From an uncultured bacterium (GTDB lineage Bacteria > Hydrogenedentota > Hydrogenedentia > Hydrogenedentales > JAEUWI01): 32,047 nt of DNA. A model generated the notes under the pieces. That model was not told the origin of the DNA. It saw only the letters and a list, made by a program, of their open reading frames with translations, and did no database searches. The translations under genes were made by a program, and so were the position numbers. The stretch spans positions 1-32,047 of the forward strand of contig CAXBPH010000054.1 of assembly GCA_963977445.1 (NCBI GenBank), read 5' to 3'. Positions 8,403-17,289 of this stretch are shown here, piece after piece (position 1 is the first letter of the stretch; each line of letters starts with the position of its first letter).

Positions 8403-11400
8403 ATGTTTGAAAAACTAGTGAGATTCTCACTGGAACAGCGATGGTTGGTCATCGGCATAACATTCGCCATGGCGGGTCTTGGCGTTTACAATGCCTTCTT
8501 GTTACCCATCGATGCCGTTCCAGATATTACGAACGTTCAGGTGCAAATCAATACGGAGGCGATCGGTTATTCGCCCTTCGAGGTAGAACAACGCGTCACG
8601 TTTCCGCTTGAAAACGTTATGGCAGGTCTGCCGAGCCTGGAAAGTACGCGCTCTTTGTCGCGCTATGGCCTCTCCCAGTTGACTATCGTATTTGAGGACG
8701 GAACAGACATCTATTTTGCGCGGCAACTGGTTGGTGAGAAGCTCCAGGAAGCCAAGGGGAATCTGCCGCCAGGTATTGAGCCCACGATGGGGCCTATCGC
8801 GACCGGCCTTGGCGAAATTTACATGTATACCGTAAAGGCCGAGGAAGGGGCGCTTACTCCCGATGGGAATCCATACACTCCAACGGACTTACGCACGATT
8901 CAAGATTGGGTAGTCAAGCCGCAGTTGCGCACCGTGAAGGGCGTAACCGACGTTAACACCATCGGTGGCTACGAGAAGCAATACCACGTGACACCCGATA
9001 CCAAGAGCATGATTGAGTATGGCGTCACCTTTCAGGACCTGCTGACGGCGTTGGATAGAAACAATGGCACGGTCGGGGCGGGTTATATCGAGCGAGCCGG
9101 CGCGCAATGGCTCGTTCGTGCACCCGGTCAGGCCGCTTCCGCCGACGCGCTTTCCAATATTGTTGTTTCAGCCAACAACGGTGTTCCGATCCATCTCCAC
9201 GACATTGCCGAAGTCGGTCTGGGAGAGGAATTACGTACCGGCGCGGCCACGGAAAATGGTAAGGAGGCGGTTCTTGGTACGGTATTCATGCTCATTGGGG
9301 AAAACAGTCGCACCGTTTCTCAAAGTGTTCACCAGAAGATTCAGGAGATCAATCGCACTTTGCCCGCTGGCGTTATTGCGGATACGGTCTATGATCGCAC
9401 CATTTTGGTCAACAAGGCCATTAAAACCGTCTGGAGGAATCTCAGCGAAGGGGCGATGTTGGTTATCGTTATCTTGTTTCTTTTCCTGGGAAACTTTCGC
9501 GCCGCAGTCATTACCGCTTCGATTATTCCGCTGGCGATGCTCTTTACCATCACGGGCATGGTGACCAACGAGGTCAGCGCCAATCTCATGAGTCTGGGCG
9601 CGCTCGACTTCGGCATAATTGTTGATGGGGCGGTCGTGATCGTTGAAAACTGCATACGTCGCCTCGCGGAGGAGCAACACCGTCTTGGGCGGCGGTTGAC
9701 CTTCGCAGAGCGGCTCGAAGTGGTTTTTGACGCTTCCAGCGAGACACGGCGCGCCATTCTCTACGGCCAGCTCATCATCATGGTTGTTTATCTTCCTCTT
9801 CTGACGCTGACCGGCGTCGAAGGGAAAATGTTTCGCCCGATGGCGTTCACAGTGCTTGCCGCCCTGAGCGGCGCCATGATCCTGTCCATAACCTTCGTGC
9901 CCGCCGCCGTGGCTATCCTCCTCCGCGGAAAGATTTCGGAAAAGGAGAACCTGCTCGTTCGTGGTGCGAAGGGATTATACCGTCCCATGTTGCGGGTCGC
10001 GTTGCAACTCAAAGCGCCCGTGCTGGCTGGGGCGATAGCCCTACTCTGTATTTGCGGGGCCTTGGCCAGCCGGATGGGCACCGAGTTCATTCCAAATCTC
10101 TACGAGGGAGACATCGCACTACACGCCCTGCGTATTCCAGGCACAAGTTTGAGCCAGGCAATTGAGATGCAAAACGTGTTGGAATCCGAGATAAAAAAGA
10201 TGCCGGAGGTCGACAAAATCGTTGCCAAGATGGGCACCGCAGAAATTGCAACCGACCCCATGCCGCCCAGTGTCGCAGACAACTTCATCATGATGAAGCC
10301 CAGGGAGGAGTGGCCGGATCCCGGAAAGACGCGGGCGGAAATGGTTGAGGACCTCTCTGCGATCATTCAGGGCGTCCCAGGCAACAACTACGAGATTTTA
10401 CAACCCATCCAGATGCGTTTTAATGAACTGATCGCCGGGGTAAGGACCGACGTGGCCGTCAAAATTTTTGGCGATGACATGGAAGTCCTGCTTTCGACCG
10501 CAAAAGCGGCCTCGAAAGTTTTGGAAACAGTGCCGGGTGCCGAAGACGTCAAGGTCGAACAAGTTACCGGCCTGCCCTTGCTTAGCATCACGCCAAACCG
10601 CGACGCCATATCCCGACTGGGCCTGAGTATCGCGGATGTTCAAGAAGTTATCCAAGTCGCCATTGGCGGAAAGGTGGTGGGGGACCTCTTCGAGGGAGAC
10701 CGGCGCTTCGACATCATTGTACGGCTCCCCGAGCACCTTCGGAGCGACCTGGAGATGTTGAAACGGGTGCCCGTTCCACTTCCCTATCGCGAGAAGGTAC
10801 TTATGGCGTCCAGTTCTATCGAGGTCTCTTCCGACAGTGGCCAGCAATACGTGAGCCTTGGGAGCGTCGCAGACTTTTCGGTTGCACCTGGCCCCAATCA
10901 GGTAAGCCGAGAGAGTGGAAAACGACGCGTGGTTGTAACCGCCAACGTGCGTGGACGGGATATCGGGTCCTTCGTCAGCGAGGCACAACGCGAAATTGGA
11001 GAACAGGTAGAGATTCCTGCGGGATATTGGGTGACATGGGGCGGAACCTTCGAGCAAATGATTTCAGCAACGCAACGACTACGGGTGGTGGTACCCCTTT
11101 CCCTGTTCCTGATTATGACGCTGCTTTTCATGATGTTTGGAAACGTGAAAGACTGTCTTCTCGTATCCACCGGTGTGCCAATGGCGCTTACCGGTGGGGT
11201 GATCGCACTGTGGCTGAGGGATATGCCGCTCTCGGTATCCGCCGGCGTGGGCTTCATTGCACTGTCCGGGGTCGCAGTCCTCGATGGAATCGTGATGATT
11301 TCCTTTATCAAGAAACTCGCGGCGGAAGGCACGTCCCTCCATGAGGCAATCATGGAAGGGGCCGTTACCCGTCTTCGCCCCGTGCTAATGACTTCCTTGG

Positions 11401-11591
11401 TAGCGTCTGTAGGCTTTCTACCGATGGCCCTGGCGACAGGAACCGGGGCTGAAGTGCAGCGCCCCTTGGCTACTGTCGTAATCGGAGGGATTATATCTTC
11501 CACCATACTGACGTTGTTCGTTCTTCCGGTGCTCTACGAGTTGTTTAACGCATCGAAAAGCCCAACGACTCAGGAACTTGTGAGTGAGTAG
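8403..11591 (+). CDS. czcA: CusA/CzcA family heavy-metal efflux RND transporter (divalent Co/Zn/Cd/Ni type)
   Basis: 1062 aa. IDAVPDITNVQVQINT; TM4 motif ANLMSLGALDFGIIVDGAVVIVEN typical of CzcA-type pumps; RLRPVLMT; GAEVQRPLATVVIGG. SD AAGGA. Confidence 0.95.
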   Translation: MFEKLVRFSLEQRWLVIGITFAMAGLGVYNAFLLPIDAVPDITNVQVQINTEAIGYSPFEVEQRVTFPLENVMAGLPSLESTRSLSRYGLSQLTIVFEDGTDIYFARQLVGEKLQEAKGNLPPGIEPTMGPIATGLGEIYMYTVKAEEGALTPDGNPYTPTDLRTIQDWVVKPQLRTVKGVTDVNTIGGYEKQYHVTPDTKSMIEYGVTFQDLLTALDRNNGTVGAGYIERAGAQWLVRAPGQAASADALSNIVVSANNGVPIHLHDIAEVGLGEELRTGAATENGKEAVLGTVFMLIGENSRTVSQSVHQKIQEINRTLPAGVIADTVYDRTILVNKAIKTVWRNLSEGAMLVIVILFLFLGNFRAAVITASIIPLAMLFTITGMVTNEVSANLMSLGALDFGIIVDGAVVIVENCIRRLAEEQHRLGRRLTFAERLEVVFDASSETRRAILYGQLIIMVVYLPLLTLTGVEGKMFRPMAFTVLAALSGAMILSITFVPAAVAILLRGKISEKENLLVRGAKGLYRPMLRVALQLKAPVLAGAIALLCICGALASRMGTEFIPNLYEGDIALHALRIPGTSLSQAIEMQNVLESEIKKMPEVDKIVAKMGTAEIATDPMPPSVADNFIMMKPREEWPDPGKTRAEMVEDLSAIIQGVPGNNYEILQPIQMRFNELIAGVRTDVAVKIFGDDMEVLLSTAKAASKVLETVPGAEDVKVEQVTGLPLLSITPNRDAISRLGLSIADVQEVIQVAIGGKVVGDLFEGDRRFDIIVRLPEHLRSDLEMLKRVPVPLPYREKVLMASSSIEVSSDSGQQYVSLGSVADFSVAPGPNQVSRESGKRRVVVTANVRGRDIGSFVSEAQREIGEQVEIPAGYWVTWGGTFEQMISATQRLRVVVPLSLFLIMTLLFMMFGNVKDCLLVSTGVPMALTGGVIALWLRDMPLSVSAGVGFIALSGVAVLDGIVMISFIKKLAAEGTSLHEAIMEGAVTRLRPVLMTSLVASVGFLPMALATGTGAEVQRPLATVVIGGIISSTILTLFVLPVLYELFNASKSPTTQELVSE

Positions 11592-11660
11592 CCAAATGCC
11601 AGATTCTCAACGGCTGCGATTGCCACTATCGTGTCGGTAGCGAAATCACCATCGTAAACG

Positions 11661-11714
11661 AAACGCTCCCGCCGCGAAAGTTCCTTTGGAACGATTGCGG
11701 TGGGAGCGATTTTT
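11661..11714. terminator. Probable bidirectional terminator between convergent czcA and acyl-CoA dehydrogenase
   Basis: Stem CGCTCCCGCCGCGA / TTGCGGTGGGAGCG with inner GTTCC-ttt-GGAAC. Flanked by AAA on the left and ATTTTT on the right. Confidence 0.7.
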
Positions 11715-11737
11715 GTCTGCCCAGGTAGAGGAGGCGA

Positions 11738-13543
11738 CTAATCTTCGAAAAGGCAGGGGTCCATAGTCAGGGTGAGTCCGTCGGCATCCATCAGTCGTGT
11801 GGCCAGTCCAGCGCACTTGGGCAATTCGTAGCGATAGAAATACTGGCAGGTGTTGCGTTTGCCAAGGTAGAAATTCCTTTCCCCTTCATCAGTGCAGTCA
11901 CGCAGCGCACTTTCGGCGACCGACGCCTGCGCAAGCCACTGCCAGGCAAGGGTGATGATACCCACATACTCCAGATAGAGGGTCGCGTCTGCGAGGAATA
12001 GGTCCGTCTTCCCATCGGCGGCGATGCCAACAAGTTGCTTCGTGAGCGACTGCAGCTCGCCGAGGACCGCCGTGAGCTGTGCGCATTCTTTGTTCAGCGC
12101 CGCATGCGGCGCTGCGTCGGCGATGCTCTTTTCCACGGTCTGGACGAAGCGTGCGAAGGCCGCGCCCTGCTGCATGGTCACCTTCCGTCCCAGGAGATCC
12201 ATGCCCTGGATGCCCGTCGTGCCTTCGTGGATAGGGTGAATGCGGGCGTCCCGGTAATATTGTTCCAAGGGAAATTCGTCGCAATAGCCATAGCCGCCGA
12301 GGCACTGGAGTCCCGTGCTTACCGAAAGGATGCCCATTTCCGAGGGGTAGGTCTTGGCAATGGGGGTGAGGAAATCCAGCAACAGGGCATGGTCGGCCCG
12401 TTCCTCCTCGGGGCCCGCGTGAATCTGGTCAATCAGTTTTGAGCAATACAAAATGAGGGACAGAGAACCCTCCACAATGGAGCGTTGAAAGAGCAACATA
12501 CGCTTCACATCGGCATGTTCGATGAGGGGAATCTGGGGTGTTGAGGGATCTTTCGCCGTAATGGGCCGTCCCTGGCGGCGTTCTTTTGCGTAGGCGAGAG
12601 AAGCATAGTAGGCCGCCGTGGCGATGGCCGTAGCACCCATGCCCACGCCTACCCGGGCCTCGTTCATCATCTGAAACATATAGCGGAGTCCCCGGTTTTC
12701 CTCACCTACCAGCCAGGCCCGGCAATTGCCCTGTTCGCCCATCTCCAGCTGGGTGATGGGGGCCCCCCGATAGCCGAGCTTGTGATAGATGCCGGTGCAT
12801 ACCACGTCGTTGGGATCCAACCCGCCGTCGTCGGTGGGCCGCAGTTTGGGCACAACAAACAGGGAAATGCCCTGCACGCCCGCCGGTGCCCCTTCGATTC
12901 GGGCCAACATGAGGTTGACGATATTCTCCACTCCATCATGTTCACCGCAGGAGATAAAAATCTTTTGTCCCGTGAGCAGATAGTAGCCCTGCCCGGTAGG
13001 CACAGCCCGTGTTTCCAGGTCGGTCAATGAACTGCCCGCCTGGGGCTCGGTCATGGCCATGGTGCCCTGCCAGCGTCCCTCAAACATGTTCGGGACGTAG
13101 GTCTCGATGAGTTCGGGGCTGCCAAAGGAGCAGATTAGCTGGGCCGCACCGGTAGTGAGTACGGGGTAAACACTCGCCGAGTAGTTGGCCGCGCTCAAGA
13201 TAAAGCGGATGGCGGCCAGAATCGTGTCGGGCAGTTGCTGTCCACCCAAATCATAGGGGGCGTGGGCACCGATCCAGCCACCTTCACCACAGGCCTCCAA
13301 GAGTGAGCGAACTACGGGAGCGACCCGCACTTCGCCGTTTTCAAATACCGGCGCTTCTTTGTCCAACTGCGCCAAAACGGGATAAAGCTCATCCGTGCCG
13401 AGTTTCAGTCCGGTTTCCAGCACCATATCGAAGATCTCGCGATCATGGTCGGAAAAGTAGGGGTAGGTGCAGAGTGATTCTGCATCGAGCACCTCATAGA
13501 GCAGGAACTCGATATTGCGCATGCTGACAAAGATTTCGGCCAT
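11738..13543 (-). CDS. Acyl-CoA dehydrogenase (long ~600-aa type with C-terminal extension)
   Basis: SD GGGAGA precedes ATG 13543. Motifs GTMAMTEPQAGS, GQKIFIS, GISLFVVPK, KLG, MFQMMNEAR, QCLGGYGY, IHPIHEGTTGIQ (catalytic Glu). Substrate is not determinable from sequence. Confidence 0.93.
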   Translation of the reverse strand: MAEIFVSMRNIEFLLYEVLDAESLCTYPYFSDHDREIFDMVLETGLKLGTDELYPVLAQLDKEAPVFENGEVRVAPVVRSLLEACGEGGWIGAHAPYDLGGQQLPDTILAAIRFILSAANYSASVYPVLTTGAAQLICSFGSPELIETYVPNMFEGRWQGTMAMTEPQAGSSLTDLETRAVPTGQGYYLLTGQKIFISCGEHDGVENIVNLMLARIEGAPAGVQGISLFVVPKLRPTDDGGLDPNDVVCTGIYHKLGYRGAPITQLEMGEQGNCRAWLVGEENRGLRYMFQMMNEARVGVGMGATAIATAAYYASLAYAKERRQGRPITAKDPSTPQIPLIEHADVKRMLLFQRSIVEGSLSLILYCSKLIDQIHAGPEEERADHALLLDFLTPIAKTYPSEMGILSVSTGLQCLGGYGYCDEFPLEQYYRDARIHPIHEGTTGIQGMDLLGRKVTMQQGAAFARFVQTVEKSIADAAPHAALNKECAQLTAVLGELQSLTKQLVGIAADGKTDLFLADATLYLEYVGIITLAWQWLAQASVAESALRDCTDEGERNFYLGKRNTCQYFYRYELPKCAGLATRLMDADGLTLTMDPCLFED

Positions 13544-13579
13544 GATTCTCTCCCAAAGGTCGATGACAAAAGGAGGGCG

Positions 13580-13588
13580 AGTATAGCA
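13580..13588 (-). promoter_or_regulatory. Extended -10 promoter (TGnTATACT) for the acyl-CoA dehydrogenase
   Basis: Minus strand reads TG-C-TATACT about 37 nt upstream of the ATG. The -35 position is weak (CTGAAT). Confidence 0.55.
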
Positions 13589-13880
13589 CACCAATCACCC
13601 GGATTCAGGATGGGATATTGCACTGATTTATACGGATCGACTAGGATGCTCCAGCCTTCACGTACGACGCGGAGGCTTTCATTCAACGCAAGAACATGCT
13701 GTCGCTGAAGAAGTGACTGCAGCAAAGGATTATGCACCATGATTTTCGGCGAACAGTTCCAAGTCTTTCTCGACACAATCGTTCAGTTTTTTTTGAGCGC
13801 TATTCGGATACAGTTCAGCGAAGTATTTGCCCTCCTCGATATTTTTCAGTTTCTCTCCGGTGGTGGAGCAGTTTAAGACG

Positions 13881-15485
13881 CTATTTTTCGTGTGGCAGGG
13901 GTGGCGGCGTCGTGCCGCCACCTTCAGGCCGCGCTGTGACCGGTGTGGGGAAGCTTTGTAGCAGGTGGTCGATTCGCGCGATGGTTATGGCGAGAGCGAT
14001 AAATAGCGCAAATCCACAGGCGAACAAATGAAAGAATACGAAGCCGACGATGTTTGAGCCGCCGCCCATGGCGACAGAAGCGGATATGAACAGGAAGGCA
14101 AAAAGGCTGCACGCGACACTTCCATAGGCGGCACCTACTGCCGTGGTCACGGTGCGCGTAAAGGTTGCTCCCATCAGACTCGCCGTTATTACCATCAGGG
14201 CGTGGATGGGAAAGAGGAGTGCCTCAGCCGGAAAGGCCCAGAGCCAATACTCCTCCGTAAATTCTCCCCGGCTCAGGGCCATCCCGAAAATCATCAGGCA
14301 ATTGATAGCATAGATGGGGGCGAAGAGGGGCCAGAGCGCATGCACCACCCCCCGAATCTTTCCCGCCAACACGTCTTTGGGGGACAATAGGCTAAGGCGG
14401 AGCATATCCCAGGTGGATTCTTCTGTATCCCGTACCCAGGCGACTGCCACCACGGGGGGAACGAGAATGAGTAAGAGCATGCGTTCAAGATACACGGAAG
14501 CGCCAATTACGCCCTCAAATTGGACGATGTTCCCGAAATAGGAAATACCAAAGGCGTAGGAGAAAAACACGATGGCGATGGCGAAGTACCGGGTCATGCC
14601 GCGCGCCAGTCCACTCCCCATTTTTTCCCGGGCACCGATGGGGTTGGCCTTGTCAGGAATGGGCACAAATCGCCGACTTTTGCGCCGAGGGAGCACGGCC
14701 TGGACGAACTCCCGGGCCGGTGTCAGACCCCGAAATCGGCTCAGTCGATAGAGGGTTCCCAGGAAGGCGAGCACGGCAACGCTACCCTGGTAGAGGGCGA
14801 AGGTGCCGAAGGCAGCCCAGGGGGAACCGATGGTGTAACGCCCCCCGATGAGGCCAAAGGGGCTCATGAGGATCAAACCGTTAGCCGACCTGGCGTACCA
14901 ACTGACCACGCCGGGTAAGATTACGTTGACCAGCACCATCAAGAAAAAAGTCAGATAAATGGCGCGCCCCGGGTGGGCTATCAGCGAAGATGCCCACAGC
15001 CCCACCGAAGCACCGGCAAGGGCCACCGGAAGGATTATCGCAAGGGCCTCAAAGAAGCGATACACATCGACGCCTGCAAAGAAATAGACGAGGCCGGTGA
15101 AGGGGAGGAGCGCGATGCCGATGAGCAGGAATACGACCAATACAGCCACGATCTTCCCGAAGGCAATACGGGAAGGGGGAATGAGGGTCGTCAACAGCAA
15201 TTCATAGCTGCCCTCGGCCCGTTCTCTGCCCAGACTCGCCGCCGCCATGGCCGGCACCATCACCATGGCCGTAAACAACATGAGTCCGACCTGCACATTG
15301 AAAATATTTTGCATGGTCGTCGCCGCATACATGACATTTTGTGACATGCGATCCAACGCGGAAAAGGCGATATAGTAGAGAACCGCCAGCAGCAGGAGCA
15401 TGAGTATCAAACTCTTCCAGCTGCGCAAACTCGTGAGCAGTTCCCGCTTCACGAGGGTCCAGGTGGAGGATGGTGCGAGGTTCAT
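13881..15485 (-). CDS. ABC-2/GldF-like permease, paralog 5 of 5 in operon order (double module)
   Basis: VKRELLTSLR; ERAEGSYELLLTT..PP.RIAFGK; IPDKANPI..RE; second DTEESTWDMLRLSLLSP.DVLAGK. GGAG at 15497-15500. Start is ATG 15485 or TTG 15488/15494. Confidence 0.82.
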   Translation of the reverse strand: MNLAPSSTWTLVKRELLTSLRSWKSLILMLLLLAVLYYIAFSALDRMSQNVMYAATTMQNIFNVQVGLMLFTAMVMVPAMAAASLGRERAEGSYELLLTTLIPPSRIAFGKIVAVLVVFLLIGIALLPFTGLVYFFAGVDVYRFFEALAIILPVALAGASVGLWASSLIAHPGRAIYLTFFLMVLVNVILPGVVSWYARSANGLILMSPFGLIGGRYTIGSPWAAFGTFALYQGSVAVLAFLGTLYRLSRFRGLTPAREFVQAVLPRRKSRRFVPIPDKANPIGAREKMGSGLARGMTRYFAIAIVFFSYAFGISYFGNIVQFEGVIGASVYLERMLLLILVPPVVAVAWVRDTEESTWDMLRLSLLSPKDVLAGKIRGVVHALWPLFAPIYAINCLMIFGMALSRGEFTEEYWLWAFPAEALLFPIHALMVITASLMGATFTRTVTTAVGAAYGSVACSLFAFLFISASVAMGGGSNIVGFVFFHLFACGFALFIALAITIARIDHLLQSFPTPVTARPEGGGTTPPPLPHEK

Positions 15486-15624
15486 CAAAGCCAATACTCC
15501 AAGTATTTATTCCTGTGTAATTCTTGCGGCCGCCAGGGCCCCATAGCAAACGGCACCAACATGCATGGTGGGCCGTCCGCTTCGCACGTGACCATTTTCC
15601 AGGTGAAGGAAGTCCCAACAAACA

Positions 15625-17289
15625 TCAGAAGCTCCCGGAATCGGCAGAGCGAACCGCATACAGGTCACTACCTTCATCAAAGACCGCCTCAAAGCGCATC
15701 AGGGCAATGACAAAGGTCAGCAGCGAGGCAAAGGCCGCAGCGACCAATTGGCTGAGAAAAAGCAGGAGAAAATGAAGTGGAGCCAGTTTGCTTCCATCGA
15801 TGGGGTCGAAAAGTCCACTCCGAACGAGTTCCACACCGCCCAGCAACAGGCAGGAAAGGACGAGGGTAATCGCCAGATCGGTCGTGCTTGGGTCGCGAAA
15901 GCGCACGCAGGCCATGGAGAGCATTACGGCCAGGGCCAGGCGTGGGAGTAGAAGGGCCGCTTCATAGACCAGCATCACGGCCGTGGGCGAGGAGGGGGCC
16001 CCTCCGGTCATCGCGGACGGCGTGGTGAAGAGCAGGGGCAACAGACTGCCCACGGCCACGCCCAGCGCCAGGGGCAACAGGCAACGGAACGCCGCCAGCG
16101 ATTTCCCCAGGAGCACCTGCTCTGAGCCCATGCGGGTGACCCGCAACATAATCAGGGAGGTTGGGTGCATTTCTTTGCCACACCGATCCAGCACCAGGAG
16201 GGGGGTGACCAGCATGAGCAGGAGGGTGCCCGCGTCGCAGGGAGTGACCGCGAGGGTGGTATAGCGGGCGGACCAGAGGCTAAACAAAAATGCGCCGAGG
16301 CCCGACAGCAGAAAAATGCCGAGGGCCCACCGCGGCGACGCCATGCCAACGGATTGGCAGTCCCGATGGTAGGTGGGGCTGCCCCAATCGGGAATCGGCG
16401 TAAATGATCGGGTGCGTGGGGCCGAGGTCTCGTCGTCGGTGCTGCGGTTGATAAGGGGAAGGAAGTGGGGCTTCAGGAAATGGGCAAGTCCGCACAGGCA
16501 GAGCACGAGCAACGTACCCAGGGCTTGCAGGCCCATAAGCTGAAAACATCCCGTCCACCCGGCAATGCTGTGCAGCAGATCGCGGAGCAGGGTGAGGGGA
16601 TTGAGGTACCATTCGATCGCCCCAATCTGCCCGGCACGGGAGAAGGTGAGTTGGTTTCCCAGCCACGCGGGCACGACGTAGAGAAAGAATAGCGCAGTAT
16701 ACACCCAGAATACAGCCCGGCCGGGGCGCGCAAGCGTGCGAGAGAGGGCCACGCCAATAACCGCGTGAAAAAAAGCCGTTCCGTAGAGCATGACGGTTAT
16801 CTGAAAGAAACTGCGTATCTCAATGCCCGCAAAGAAATAGGTAAACACGGAAAAGGGCAACAGGGCCATATGAAAAGCGCCGAAGAGGGACAGCATGGCG
16901 AGAAGCTTGCCCGTCAGGAAGGAAATGGGATCGTCCAGGGCCATGAGGAGGAGGTCTTCCGTCTCCTGATGGCGCTCTGCAGCCACGGTGACGGCACTGA
17001 GTGCGGGCAGCACGATAAAGAGCAACAACAGTAGCGCGCTGCATTGAAGTCCGACAATATTGATGACCAGTTCCGCCCGGCTGGTGGCGCCCGCCAGCAT
17101 GCGAACGATGTCATAGAGGATGGCCAACAGCAATACCGCCGCCAGACCATGGAGCAGGGCCGCATAGCGTTTATAGCGCAGAGCCACGAGCATTTCACGC
17201 CCATAGATGGCAGCAAGGGGCGAACTTATCCAGTCGAAGATGGAAAATTGGTCCAGACGCAGACGCATGGCGGAGAGCATTTTTGTCAT
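15625..17289 (-). CDS. ABC-2/GldF-like permease, paralog 4 (most diverged)
   Basis: ATGA overlap with the upstream gene. GREMLVALR; ERHQETEDLL...P.SFLTGK; IPDWGSP; KE...MLRVTRM..EQVLLGK. Confidence 0.8.
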   Translation of the reverse strand: MTKMLSAMRLRLDQFSIFDWISSPLAAIYGREMLVALRYKRYAALLHGLAAVLLLAILYDIVRMLAGATSRAELVINIVGLQCSALLLLLFIVLPALSAVTVAAERHQETEDLLLMALDDPISFLTGKLLAMLSLFGAFHMALLPFSVFTYFFAGIEIRSFFQITVMLYGTAFFHAVIGVALSRTLARPGRAVFWVYTALFFLYVVPAWLGNQLTFSRAGQIGAIEWYLNPLTLLRDLLHSIAGWTGCFQLMGLQALGTLLVLCLCGLAHFLKPHFLPLINRSTDDETSAPRTRSFTPIPDWGSPTYHRDCQSVGMASPRWALGIFLLSGLGAFLFSLWSARYTTLAVTPCDAGTLLLMLVTPLLVLDRCGKEMHPTSLIMLRVTRMGSEQVLLGKSLAAFRCLLPLALGVAVGSLLPLLFTTPSAMTGGAPSSPTAVMLVYEAALLLPRLALAVMLSMACVRFRDPSTTDLAITLVLSCLLLGGVELVRSGLFDPIDGSKLAPLHFLLLFLSQLVAAAFASLLTFVIALMRFEAVFDEGSDLYAVRSADSGSF

